Shown here: positions 1-8,684 of the stretch, one piece after another
Layout of the letters: each line of letters begins with the position of its first letter
Position numbering within the stretch: position 1 is the stretch's first letter
Assembly: GCA_965219445.1 (NCBI GenBank)
Contig: CBDCNQ010000005.1
Span: 1,088,001-1,152,000, forward strand
From: Longimicrobiales bacterium
GTDB lineage: Bacteria; Gemmatimonadota; Gemmatimonadetes; Longimicrobiales; Gaopeijiaceae
Direction: 5' to 3'
Length of the DNA stretch: 64,000 nt
Position numbers and translations under genes: made by a program
The notes under the pieces: generated by a model
The model's input: only the letters and a program-made list of their open reading frames with translations
Told to the model about the DNA's origin: nothing
Database searches by the model: none

Positions 1-109
1 CCTTCTCACGCGTCGCAGAGAACTTCGGAATGGCGATGGCCGCCAAGATTCCGATGATCACGACCACGATGAGGAGCTCGATGAGGGTGAAACCCTTGTT
101 GTCCCGCAT
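1..109 (-). CDS. pilA: Type IVa major pilin, N-terminal part (runs off window edge)
   Basis: Manual translation from ATG at 109: MRDNKG/FTLIELLIVVVIIGILAAIAIPKFSATREK, a class III signal peptide with G|F cleavage and E5; AGGAG RBS upstream. The ORF track shows only another frame. Confidence 0.93.
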   Translation of the reverse strand, partial: MRDNKGFTLIELLIVVVIIGILAAIAIPKFSATREK

Positions 110-163
110 GGTGATATCTCCTGATAGTAAGACACTGGTGAACATTCGATATGCCCTCTTGAG

Positions 164-179
164 TGCAAAGGCTGGTCCA
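164..179 (-). promoter_or_regulatory. sigma54 (-24/-12) promoter for pilA
   Basis: Minus strand TGGACCAGCCTTTGCA = GG-N10-GC, about 55 nt upstream of the pilA start; a sigma54 activator (PilR) is encoded nearby. Confidence 0.7.
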
Positions 180-197
180 CAAGTTGGCATGTCTTGT

Positions 198-210
198 TAA
201 ATCATTGTTT
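198..210 (-). promoter_or_regulatory. Possible IHF site
   Basis: Minus strand AAACAATGATTTA, one mismatch to WATCAANNNNTTR, in an AT-rich tract just upstream of the -24 box. Confidence 0.4.
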
Positions 211-253
211 ATCATAGTTTTACGTAATTGTGGACAGGCATCTACTGTTCCTT

Positions 254-2158
254 TTATCGGCCGTCCAATGCCGGATTTTGCAAAGCATTGGCATTTTCAG
301 AGCCTTGTAGAACCGCCTGAATACTGTCAATTTGGCCGATTTTGTCCGGAGGCCTCACCTTGGTACGAGCGCTGTCGAGGGATTCAAGCGCCCGAGCCGT
401 GTCCCCCGAATGGGCGTATGCCTCCGCGAGCCAGAACCACTGCTGCCAACGGTGTCCTTCACCCGCTTCTATGGTTTGGCGGCGGGCCTGGACCGACTCC
501 TCCCAGCGGCCCTCCACCGCCAAGGAGTGGGCCAGGAGATGGTTCGAAAGCAGATCTTGTGACCCGTAGGAGGCGATGGCAGCCTCCGCTGCTTCGATCG
601 CGGCCCGATAATTCCGTTCGCTGTAATAGACGCCGGCGAGGAGGCGAGGCGCGATCCCTTCATCCGGGTATTCTTCCCAGGCCCGCCGGAAAAGGGCCTT
701 GGCGGCCTCCGTTTCTCTGTAGGCGAGGAGTCGGCGCCCCACGTCCACAAGGACAGGGTAGCTTCCATTCAAGAGACCGATCGTAACTCGGTAGGCTGCG
801 TTACCCGCCTTCCTGTTGCCGACCATGTGGTACGTGTCTCCCAGGAGCCACTGCGCACGTCCCGACTCCGGGTGCTCACGGATCAGGGTGTCGAAAACGG
901 TGAAGTTGTTTCGCCAAGTGGCGTTCCGGGTGACGGTTCGAAATGACATGAGCGTCAATACGAGGATGAGTGCGCCCTGGGCCACGCGGCGCCGCTCCTT
1001 GTAGAGCTCCGCGCCTATCCATGCGAGCAGCAGCACGAATCCGACCGATGGCAGATAGAGCGTGCGCTCCGCGAGGAGAACCCCCGAAAGGAAAAGCACA
1101 TTGGACACCGGTGACAGCGTGATCACGAGCCATAGGACACCGAACGAGAAGAGACGGGGCGGGGCACGGTCCACCCCGAGTGTCTGCGTTCCCCACAAAC
1201 GTAAGGTCAGTCCGAGCGTCCCCAGGAGGAGAAGAGCACCCAGGACGCCACTTCCGGTCCAGTCGAAGGCGAGAGGAATTACGGCCGGAGCATAATCGGC
1301 GCTCAAGTCGAGAGGGAAAAACAGCAGCCGGAAGTAGTGGGGCCAGGTCGACGCGACTGTCCAGATCCGGGATACGTCTTCCTGCAAGAGGGCAGCACCC
1401 AACGGGGCCAACGGGCTGGCTACGCTTCCAAGCACGGCGTATCGAGCGATCAGGATGAGTCCCGTTGCCACCGCCAGGCTTACGTAGATCGCCCACCGGC
1501 GGCGAACGTATGAAGGCGCCTCTTCGATCGCGACGTTGTCACGTGCCCCGTCCAGAAGGAAGAGCACCGCGGGGAGTGTGATGGCACTCTCCTTCGCAAG
1601 GAAGGCGAGCACGAACAGAAGCGTAACGGCTGCGCCGGGTAGAAGCGCAATCCGCTCTCCCGCCCGCAGAAAGACGAGGCAAGCGCCCAGATACAGAGCC
1701 GACGAGAAGACCTCGGCAAACCCCACAACGTTTGCCACCGCCTCGACATGGACGGGATGAACCGCGAAGAGCAGCCCCCCGGTGAACGCGAGGGCGAGGG
1801 GCACGAGTTCGGCCAGCACCAGCACGACGAGCGCGGTAACAACTCCGTGGAGCAGCACGTTCATCATATGGAACATTGCAGGATTCTCGCCCCAGACCGC
1901 CCACTGAATACCGTAGAGCGCCGTCGTCACCGGCCTCCACAATCCCAGCGCCCGGCCGAACTCATTCGGCCAGTAGGGAGAGACCATAGCCTCCGGTAGA
2001 GTGTCGAGATCCTGGATCGCCGTATTCTGGCCAACGAGAGGAACGTCGTCGAAGGCGAAGTCATTGAGGACGCTGTTCGCCGACAGAAGAACCGCGGCGG
2101 CACCCGCGAGGAGGGCGGCCGAACGGACCGACCGGAGGGGAGAATCCCATGTCCTCAT
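254..2158 (-). CDS. TMTC-like (DUF1736, GT-C fold) membrane glycosyltransferase with C-terminal TPRs, paralog B
   Basis: Motifs FAFDD, WRPVT, FAVHPVHVEAVANVVG, LAKE, LAERTLYLPS; many TM helices then TPR-like helices. Start set at ATG 2158, overlapping the upstream stop (ATGA). Confidence 0.85.
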   Translation of the reverse strand: MRTWDSPLRSVRSAALLAGAAAVLLSANSVLNDFAFDDVPLVGQNTAIQDLDTLPEAMVSPYWPNEFGRALGLWRPVTTALYGIQWAVWGENPAMFHMMNVLLHGVVTALVVLVLAELVPLALAFTGGLLFAVHPVHVEAVANVVGFAEVFSSALYLGACLVFLRAGERIALLPGAAVTLLFVLAFLAKESAITLPAVLFLLDGARDNVAIEEAPSYVRRRWAIYVSLAVATGLILIARYAVLGSVASPLAPLGAALLQEDVSRIWTVASTWPHYFRLLFFPLDLSADYAPAVIPLAFDWTGSGVLGALLLLGTLGLTLRLWGTQTLGVDRAPPRLFSFGVLWLVITLSPVSNVLFLSGVLLAERTLYLPSVGFVLLLAWIGAELYKERRRVAQGALILVLTLMSFRTVTRNATWRNNFTVFDTLIREHPESGRAQWLLGDTYHMVGNRKAGNAAYRVTIGLLNGSYPVLVDVGRRLLAYRETEAAKALFRRAWEEYPDEGIAPRLLAGVYYSERNYRAAIEAAEAAIASYGSQDLLSNHLLAHSLAVEGRWEESVQARRQTIEAGEGHRWQQWFWLAEAYAHSGDTARALESLDSARTKVRPPDKIGQIDSIQAVLQGSENANALQNPALDGR

Positions 2159-3972
2159 GGTTGGCGGCCGGAAGTCTGTGCGTCGCCCCCGGAGGCCATG
2201 CCCTCTTTGCGTGCAAGGACATCGGCACGCCGAGACGCGGCCCCGGCGTCCTCGGAGCGGCCAGCCAACTCCATGATCTCGCTCATGCGACGCCACTCCT
2301 CCGAATTCTCGTGGGCCACGCCAAAGGATGCCCACCGCGCCCGAATGGCCGCGTCGTAGTCGCCCTTCGCCACGTAGCTTTCGGACACGAGTTTCCACAG
2401 GTCTCCGTCGGATCCAACCAGAGACAGGCCCTGGAGTGCGACCGCGTGTCCTTCCCGGCCTCGGCCTTGATTTAGACGCTGTTCGGAGAGGACCTGCCAG
2501 GCGACGGGGTGCGTGGGAAACAACTGGATGGCGTGGAAGAGCAGCGGCTCCGCGTCGGCCCACCGCTCGCCCCGCCCATAGAAACGCGCGACCTCCACGA
2601 GCAGGCTGTACCCTTCCGGAGCCAGCTCCAACGCCGTCTGGTAATAGCGCTCGGCCTCATCGAATTCCCCTACGTTGTCGAGACCCCGGGCACGTGCCCT
2701 GATGGCCATGAACGACTCGGGGTGCTCTTCCCCGAGGGTCGTCAACATCGTGAACGTGCTCATCCATGACGGATTTCTGAGCACGGTCCGCACCATGAAG
2801 CCACCGCACAGGACTCCCGCGGCCACCAAGAGCATACTCAGGGATGTCCTACGCTCACGAGCCACCCAGGACACGACTCCCGCCACAACGAATGCGAGCC
2901 CAACCGACGGCAGGTATAGCGTTCGTTCCGCCAGCAACACGCCCGTCGGGATGAGCAGGTTCGTAACCGGAAGGATCGCGATGCCGAACCAGGCGATGCC
3001 GAACGCCACCAGACGCTCCCTGGGCCAGAGGAAGATGGTGGCCGTTGCGGCACTGAGAATCATGAATAGGCCCAGGACCACGTCGGGCCCCCAGGTCAAC
3101 GCTGGAAAGAGTACCGCCGGAGCGTAGTCCACGACGAGGTCTAGCGGAAACACGAGGAGCCGGAAATACTGTGGCCAGACCGCCAGAGATGTCAGGACTC
3201 TCTGGCCCGCTGAGAGACCCATGAGGGCCGGCGCGGGCTCTTCGCCCGAAAACGAGCCCAACATCAGGAATCTGGCGCCCATGAAGGCAGCCAGAAGGGC
3301 GCCGGTCAGGAGGAAGATTGGTAGATCGGTCCGAACACGGTCCGTGATGCGTCCTTTTTCGCTCCGAAACAAGGCCATGAGCACGAGCAACGCCGGGAGC
3401 GTCGCGGCCATTTCCTTCGAGCCGAGACCGACCATATATAGTGCCCCGATCCCGAGGAGACGGGCGACCCTCCGTGGGCATGAAAGCCCCCTTCCCTTCC
3501 AGAAGATCAGACACGCCCCGAGCACAAAGAGCGCAGAGTACAACTCGGCCCGCCCCACTACGTTGGCGACCGCCTCACTATGGACGGGATGGGCCGCGAA
3601 CAGCGCCGCGCCAACGAGAGCTGGAAGCGTTGCCGACACCTCCAAGATCAACAGGAACACCAGCAGAGATACGGCCGTGTGAACAGCTAAGTTCACGAGG
3701 TGAAAACCAGCGGGATGGCCGTTCCACAACCTCCACTCCAGTGCGAAGCTCGAGAGAGTGACGGGCCGATAGAGGCCCGCTCCGTTCACCACCTGCGGCC
3801 AATAGGGAGACGTCAACGCATCAAAAACCCGTCCCTCGGTCACCACGGGGTTCCCCTCGAGGATCGTGTTGTCGTCGTAGGCGAAACCGTTGAGCACGGA
3901 GTTGGCGAAGGTTCCTACCGCCACGAGTACCACAAGGAGCGCGGCGCGCCACGGCGGGATCGCTCTGGTCAC
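2155..3972 (-). CDS. TMTC-like (DUF1736, GT-C fold) membrane glycosyltransferase with C-terminal TPRs, paralog A
   Basis: Motifs FAYDD, YRPVT, FAAHPVHSEAVANVVGRAE, GSKE, LAERTLYLPS; GTG start at 3972 with GGAG upstream. Confidence 0.85.
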   Translation of the reverse strand: MTRAIPPWRAALLVVLVAVGTFANSVLNGFAYDDNTILEGNPVVTEGRVFDALTSPYWPQVVNGAGLYRPVTLSSFALEWRLWNGHPAGFHLVNLAVHTAVSLLVFLLILEVSATLPALVGAALFAAHPVHSEAVANVVGRAELYSALFVLGACLIFWKGRGLSCPRRVARLLGIGALYMVGLGSKEMAATLPALLVLMALFRSEKGRITDRVRTDLPIFLLTGALLAAFMGARFLMLGSFSGEEPAPALMGLSAGQRVLTSLAVWPQYFRLLVFPLDLVVDYAPAVLFPALTWGPDVVLGLFMILSAATATIFLWPRERLVAFGIAWFGIAILPVTNLLIPTGVLLAERTLYLPSVGLAFVVAGVVSWVARERRTSLSMLLVAAGVLCGGFMVRTVLRNPSWMSTFTMLTTLGEEHPESFMAIRARARGLDNVGEFDEAERYYQTALELAPEGYSLLVEVARFYGRGERWADAEPLLFHAIQLFPTHPVAWQVLSEQRLNQGRGREGHAVALQGLSLVGSDGDLWKLVSESYVAKGDYDAAIRARWASFGVAHENSEEWRRMSEIMELAGRSEDAGAASRRADVLARKEGMASGGDAQTSGRQP

Positions 3973-3989
3973 CTGGATCGGACTCCCGA

Positions 3990-4883
3990 TCAGTCCGAAC
4001 CGGCCACAGGAGGCACGCTGGTCTCCGACCCTCCCCCACCATCCGGAGCGGCGGGGAGCGCCGTGCCCGGTCCATCCGCCGGCGCCCGCCCCTCCCACGG
4101 CTGTACCTTGGGCACTTGCCAGGGATCGAGCTTTGGGCGGAAGAGATTGGAGCGAAGGATGTAATAGAGGGCGGACACACCGTCCTTCCAGTTGATTTTC
4201 TTCCCCTCCGCGTACGAGCGTCCGTCATAACTGATCGGAAGCTCGTAGATGCGAGCCCCCGCCTGAGCAAGGCGGGCAGTCACCTCCGGCTCGAAACCGA
4301 AACGGTTGGCCGACAGAGGTAGACACTTCAGAAGATCCGCCTGAACGACCTTATAGCAGGTCTCCATGTCGGTGAGGTTGAGGTCCGTCAACATGTTACT
4401 CAGCAGCGTCAAGAAGCGATTTCCCACCATGTGCCAAAAGAACAGGACGCGGTGAGGGCCGCCGAGAAAGCGTGACCCGTAAACGGCATCTGCCTTTCCG
4501 GCCAAGATCGGCTGAATGAGGGTTGGCAGTTCGTGCGGGTCATACTCAAGGTCAGCATCCTGGATCGCGATGATATCGCCGGTAGCCCGCTCGAACCCCG
4601 CCCGGAGAGCTGCACCCTTGCCCTTGTTCACCTCCTGGAACACCAGGACATCGATCACTCCCTCGTCCCGTAGGCTCACGAGCAGATCGCGCGTGCCGTC
4701 GGTGGATCCATCATCTACCACGATCACTTCGACGTCGAGGCGGACCTCACGAACCCGCCGGAGGAGGGCCTCGGCGCTCCGGATCTCGTTGTAGGCAGGA
4801 ATAACCACCGAGAGCCTCACCTTATCCCAGGCGAGATCACCGTGCCTTCTCTTATCCATTCCCCGGAAACTCGGCCTGGTCAT
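3990..4883 (-). CDS. GT2 glycosyltransferase, DPM1/polyprenol-phosphate sugar synthase-like
   Basis: SVVIPAYNE, VVDDGSTDGT, NKGKGAAL, IQDADLEYDP, GSRF, DMETCYK, FGFEPEVT motifs. Confidence 0.9.
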   Translation of the reverse strand: MTRPSFRGMDKRRHGDLAWDKVRLSVVIPAYNEIRSAEALLRRVREVRLDVEVIVVDDGSTDGTRDLLVSLRDEGVIDVLVFQEVNKGKGAALRAGFERATGDIIAIQDADLEYDPHELPTLIQPILAGKADAVYGSRFLGGPHRVLFFWHMVGNRFLTLLSNMLTDLNLTDMETCYKVVQADLLKCLPLSANRFGFEPEVTARLAQAGARIYELPISYDGRSYAEGKKINWKDGVSALYYILRSNLFRPKLDPWQVPKVQPWEGRAPADGPGTALPAAPDGGGGSETSVPPVAGSD

Positions 4884-4887
4884 GTGG

Positions 4888-6249
4888 TCAGACCTCGATG
4901 CCGTACCGATTGAGCTTCCTGTACAGGGTGGAGGGATCGATGCCGAGAACCTCCGCCGCCTTCGACTTGTTGCCCCCCTCAGCCGCAAGAACCCACTGGA
5001 TATATGCCCTTTCGATCACCTCCATCGAAGGATTCGGGGGGAGGTGATCCGTGACGAGCGGTTTCGCATCCGTCGCTCGTACCCCCTCGGGCAGGTGGTC
5101 CACTGAGATCTCCGAATCGGGCGTCACGACGGCGGCGCGTTCCAAGGCGTTTTCGAGCTCCCGAACGTTTCCGGGCCAGTCATAAGCACACAACGCCTCC
5201 AACGTATCCTCCCCGAGTTTCTTTTCTCCTTCTCGCTCCGCCAACGACCCGAGGAAACGGTGGGCCAGCACGGGTATGTCGTCCTTCCTCTCGCGGAGCG
5301 GGGGGAGATGCAGCGCGATCACGTTGAGCCGATAGTAGACGTCACTCCGGAACGCTCCTCGACGAATTTCCTCATTCAAATCACTGTTCGTGGCGGCCAT
5401 GATCCGAACGTCGATTTGCCGTACCTCCGTCGAACCCACGGGTATGACCTCGCGCTCCTGAAGAGCCCGGAGGAGCCTAACCTGGGTCGCGGGGGACATT
5501 TCTCCGATTTCGTCCAGAAAGAGGGTCCCCCCGCCGGCCGCCTCGAAGAGTCCCACTTTGTCCTTGACGGCACCTGTAAACGCTCCCTTCACATGCCCGA
5601 AGAGCTCGCTCTCGAGAAGCCCTTCTGGAAGCGCCCCACAGTTCACGGACAAGAAGTCCGCCTCGGCCCGCCCACTGAGCCCGTGGATATAGCGGGCCAG
5701 TACCTCTTTCCCTGAGCCGCTCTCCCCGGTGATCAGTACGGTGGACTCCGTCGGGGCCACCGTCTCGGCCAACTTGAGCACATCGAGGAAGGCCCGGTTC
5801 TTACCCGTCGGCCGGTCGGACGGCCGCATCGACTGTCGGCGAATCTCCTTCTTGAGGGCCTTGTTCTCCACGCGCAGCTGCCTCGTCTCCGCAGCCCTAC
5901 GGCAGATGGCCAGGAGTTCGTCGTTGGCGAATGGCTTCTGGAGGTAGTAGTAGGCTCCCTCGTTGACCGCCCGTACCGCCGTCTGTAGCGATGCTTGCGC
6001 AGTCATCAAGATCACGGCCGTCTCGGGATCGACCTCATGCGCCTTCGCCATGACCTCGAGGCCTGTCATCCCCGGCATCCGAATGTCTGTCAAGACGATG
6101 TCCGGAGAGGCGCTGGGAAGCATCTCGACCGCCTCGCGCCCACTGAGCGCCGACACCACCTCGTAGCCGTTGCCCCGAAGCAGGATGCGAAGCGTGTCGA
6201 GGATGCCCGTCTCGTCATCCACCAGGAGAATCTTCCTCTCCTCACTCAT
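4888..6249 (-). CDS. pilR: sigma54-dependent response regulator (REC, AAA+, Fis HTH), PilR-like
   Basis: Receiver domain, GESGSGKE, GAFTGA, FLDEIG, C-terminal HTH; the symbol rests on context between the kinase and the pilin. Confidence 0.85.
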   Translation of the reverse strand: MSEERKILLVDDETGILDTLRILLRGNGYEVVSALSGREAVEMLPSASPDIVLTDIRMPGMTGLEVMAKAHEVDPETAVILMTAQASLQTAVRAVNEGAYYYLQKPFANDELLAICRRAAETRQLRVENKALKKEIRRQSMRPSDRPTGKNRAFLDVLKLAETVAPTESTVLITGESGSGKEVLARYIHGLSGRAEADFLSVNCGALPEGLLESELFGHVKGAFTGAVKDKVGLFEAAGGGTLFLDEIGEMSPATQVRLLRALQEREVIPVGSTEVRQIDVRIMAATNSDLNEEIRRGAFRSDVYYRLNVIALHLPPLRERKDDIPVLAHRFLGSLAEREGEKKLGEDTLEALCAYDWPGNVRELENALERAAVVTPDSEISVDHLPEGVRATDAKPLVTDHLPPNPSMEVIERAYIQWVLAAEGGNKSKAAEVLGIDPSTLYRKLNRYGIEV

Positions 6250-7925
6250 ACGGCCGCCTCCTGCTTTGTCACGGAAGCCACTTCCGTGCCCGGTAGCAGG
6301 ACGACGAATCGAGTCCCTCCTGTCGGCACCTCCTCAGCGTACACGGCCCCACCGTGTGCCTGGACGGCGCGATGCACCATCGCCAGGCCGAGACCGCTCC
6401 CACCCTTACGCGTCGTATAGAAGGGCGCGAAGATACGCCCGACGTCCTCAGGCGGAATCCCCGGCCCGGAATCGCGAACGCTCAAACACACGGGATGGGA
6501 CACGGTGGTTCCAGGAAGGGGGCCCTGTCCGGAGCGATCCTCGAGGGAGATCTGGACCGTTCCCCGAGATCCGCTGAACTGAACCGCATTGAGGATCAAG
6601 TTGAAGACCATGCGGTGAAGGAGATCGGCGTCCCCCGGTAGGATCAGACGGCCTTCGAGGCCCTCCTCATCAATGCGAATCCCCGCTTCACAGTCCGGAT
6701 GCTGCTTTACCAATGCGACGGCCTGCCGGACCACCCGCGTAAAGTCCACCCTGGCCTTTGCCCCGAGGCGGATCACAGAGAAATCGAGAAATTCATTAAG
6801 CAACCGGCTCAGACGATCCGACTCCGACAGAACGAGCCGCTGAAGGAGTGCACGATCCTCTATGGGAAGGCTGGGGCTGTCGAACTGCTCCACTGCGCTC
6901 CTGATGGAAGCCAACGGGTTCTTGATTTCGTGGGCCAGCGAAGCACTCAGTTCAGCCACGGCCTCGAGCCGTTCGTTTCTGCGATTCAGCGCCTGAATCC
7001 GCTCCAGATCCGTGATGTCTTGGAAGATCGCCGTAACAGATGGGCCCTCTCCCTCGCGACTCTCGAGCACGGTCGTGCTGATGCCCAGCACCAAGTCACC
7101 CGTCGGCCTCTTGACGGACGCCGTCTGGCGGCTGACCGGGCGGAGTCCGTTCATGCTCCTCCGGAGCGCCTCGGCAAGCCCCGGAGCCATCTCCGCAACA
7201 ACATCCAAAATAGGGGCGCCGTGCCACTGTTCGAGGGTCAGATCCAAGAATCGTTCGCCGGCTCTGTTGAGGTACCCCAGTCTCCCACCATCGACGACCG
7301 TGAGCACGCCCGTCGAGATGTTCGTGAGGATGTCCCCCGTGTCGAGCCGTAGTCGAACGAGCTCAGACTGGACTTCTCCGAGCGCGAGCCAAGCCCTCTG
7401 GACGCGGTCTCCCAGCCAACCTGTGATGAGAGCGACGACAGCGAAGAGCCCGATCTGGAGGCCAGCGGTGTTCAGGTCCAGGCTGTCGGCACGTCCCCAT
7501 ACGAGATCCGCAAAGTAGAGGATAGACGAGAGTGCCCCGATGAGGACGCCGCCCGGTAAGGGCAGCAGAAGAGCCCCCTCGGTGATCACCAGAATATAGA
7601 GGGGAGCGAAGGCGACATCGCCGCCGCCCGATGTGATGTGGATGACCGCCGTGACAAGCAACGCGTCGAAAACGACCTGGCCGTACATGAAGTTTCGGCC
7701 GGCTGGGTTGCGGCGCAGGTCGGTGTACCATATGGAAGCGAGCGTGACAGCCGTCGTGATTATGAACAGGAGGGTCGCGATGCGCGTGGCTTCCGGGGGA
7801 GCGGAGAACCAGGCTACCATCATGCCGACGAGAATCCCGGTCGCCAGGGTCACCCGGCCGACGTAGACCCAGCGGAGAAGTCGGGTTCTGCCGAACTCGT
7901 ACCTCTTTGACGTCTCCGGCCTCAC
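6246..7925 (-). CDS. pilS: Membrane sensor histidine kinase, PilS-like
   Basis: Several N-terminal TM helices, PAS-like region, H-box LAHEIKNPL, N/G boxes (NLILNA, DSGPG, GSGLGL); ATGA overlap with pilR. Confidence 0.85.
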   Translation of the reverse strand: MRPETSKRYEFGRTRLLRWVYVGRVTLATGILVGMMVAWFSAPPEATRIATLLFIITTAVTLASIWYTDLRRNPAGRNFMYGQVVFDALLVTAVIHITSGGGDVAFAPLYILVITEGALLLPLPGGVLIGALSSILYFADLVWGRADSLDLNTAGLQIGLFAVVALITGWLGDRVQRAWLALGEVQSELVRLRLDTGDILTNISTGVLTVVDGGRLGYLNRAGERFLDLTLEQWHGAPILDVVAEMAPGLAEALRRSMNGLRPVSRQTASVKRPTGDLVLGISTTVLESREGEGPSVTAIFQDITDLERIQALNRRNERLEAVAELSASLAHEIKNPLASIRSAVEQFDSPSLPIEDRALLQRLVLSESDRLSRLLNEFLDFSVIRLGAKARVDFTRVVRQAVALVKQHPDCEAGIRIDEEGLEGRLILPGDADLLHRMVFNLILNAVQFSGSRGTVQISLEDRSGQGPLPGTTVSHPVCLSVRDSGPGIPPEDVGRIFAPFYTTRKGGSGLGLAMVHRAVQAHGGAVYAEEVPTGGTRFVVLLPGTEVASVTKQEAAV

Positions 7926-8045
7926 AACCCAGCTCCAATCAGGATGAGTCAGTGTACAACTTGGGATGCTATCTCACGCTATTACTCGGCATGGCACAGT
8001 GCAACACTTCTATGTGGCGTTTTGCAAAAGGGCGGCGATCCTGCC

Positions 8046-8684
8046 TCAGAGCTCCGGCCGCCGGATGACCCTGATCTCTCCGAGGAGCGCATAAGCGAAC
8101 CCCCAAAGCCGCCCTACCGGCCGCAGCCCTTCAGTGTCCACGAACGCCGATCCCTCAACTATGGGAAGCTCGGGATCCAGACGCACACCCGTCACTTCGC
8201 CGAGCACCAACCCCCCGGCTTCGCCCAGTTCCACATGCCTGTAGAGTTTACATTCAAGAACCGCCGGGCAGTCCGCCACATACGGCGCGTCTACGGTCTC
8301 GGCCTCCGCCACAGACAGTCCAGCGAAAGCGAATTCATCATCCTCCGGGGGCAAGCTCGCTCCCGTCCGGTTCATCGCCTCAAGCTGGGCTTCAGTGACG
8401 ACATTCACGCAGAAGGCGCCTTGGTCCAGGATGTTGCGGAGTGAATCCTTAGCCACTCCTCCCCTCGTGCCGATGGACAAGCTCACAAGCATGGGCGATG
8501 ACGCCACTGCAGAGAAGAAGCTGAAGGGTGCCACGTTGAGAACGCCGCCCGTATCCCGGGTCGAGACCCAGCCGATCGGGCGGGGTACGACGAGTGACGT
8601 GAGAAGCTGGTACCGTTCACGGGCGTCGACCGTGTCGGTACGGATTACTCTATGCCGAAGGGGCCCTTCCGGCTCGCCGGCCAC
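8046..8684 (-). CDS. Flavin reductase-like (DIM6/NTAB family) protein
   Basis: VVPRPIGWVST, NVAPFSFF, KDSLRNI, GRL motifs. Confidence 0.88.
   Translation of the reverse strand: MAGEPEGPLRHRVIRTDTVDARERYQLLTSLVVPRPIGWVSTRDTGGVLNVAPFSFFSAVASSPMLVSLSIGTRGGVAKDSLRNILDQGAFCVNVVTEAQLEAMNRTGASLPPEDDEFAFAGLSVAEAETVDAPYVADCPAVLECKLYRHVELGEAGGLVLGEVTGVRLDPELPIVEGSAFVDTEGLRPVGRLWGFAYALLGEIRVIRRPEL

Noticed and set aside
1..91. Pilin resembles Geobacter PilA, raising an electrically conductive pilus idea
   Set aside because: The N-terminal helix is conserved in all type IVa pilins, position 27 is Thr rather than Tyr, and the rest of the gene is outside the window.
6..215. 69-aa ORF in the supplied track
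   Set aside because: Wrong frame over the pilin gene and its promoter.
7986..8003. sigma54-like TCGGCATGGCACAGTGCA near pilS
   Set aside because: GG to GC spacing is 11 rather than 10 and it faces away from pilS.
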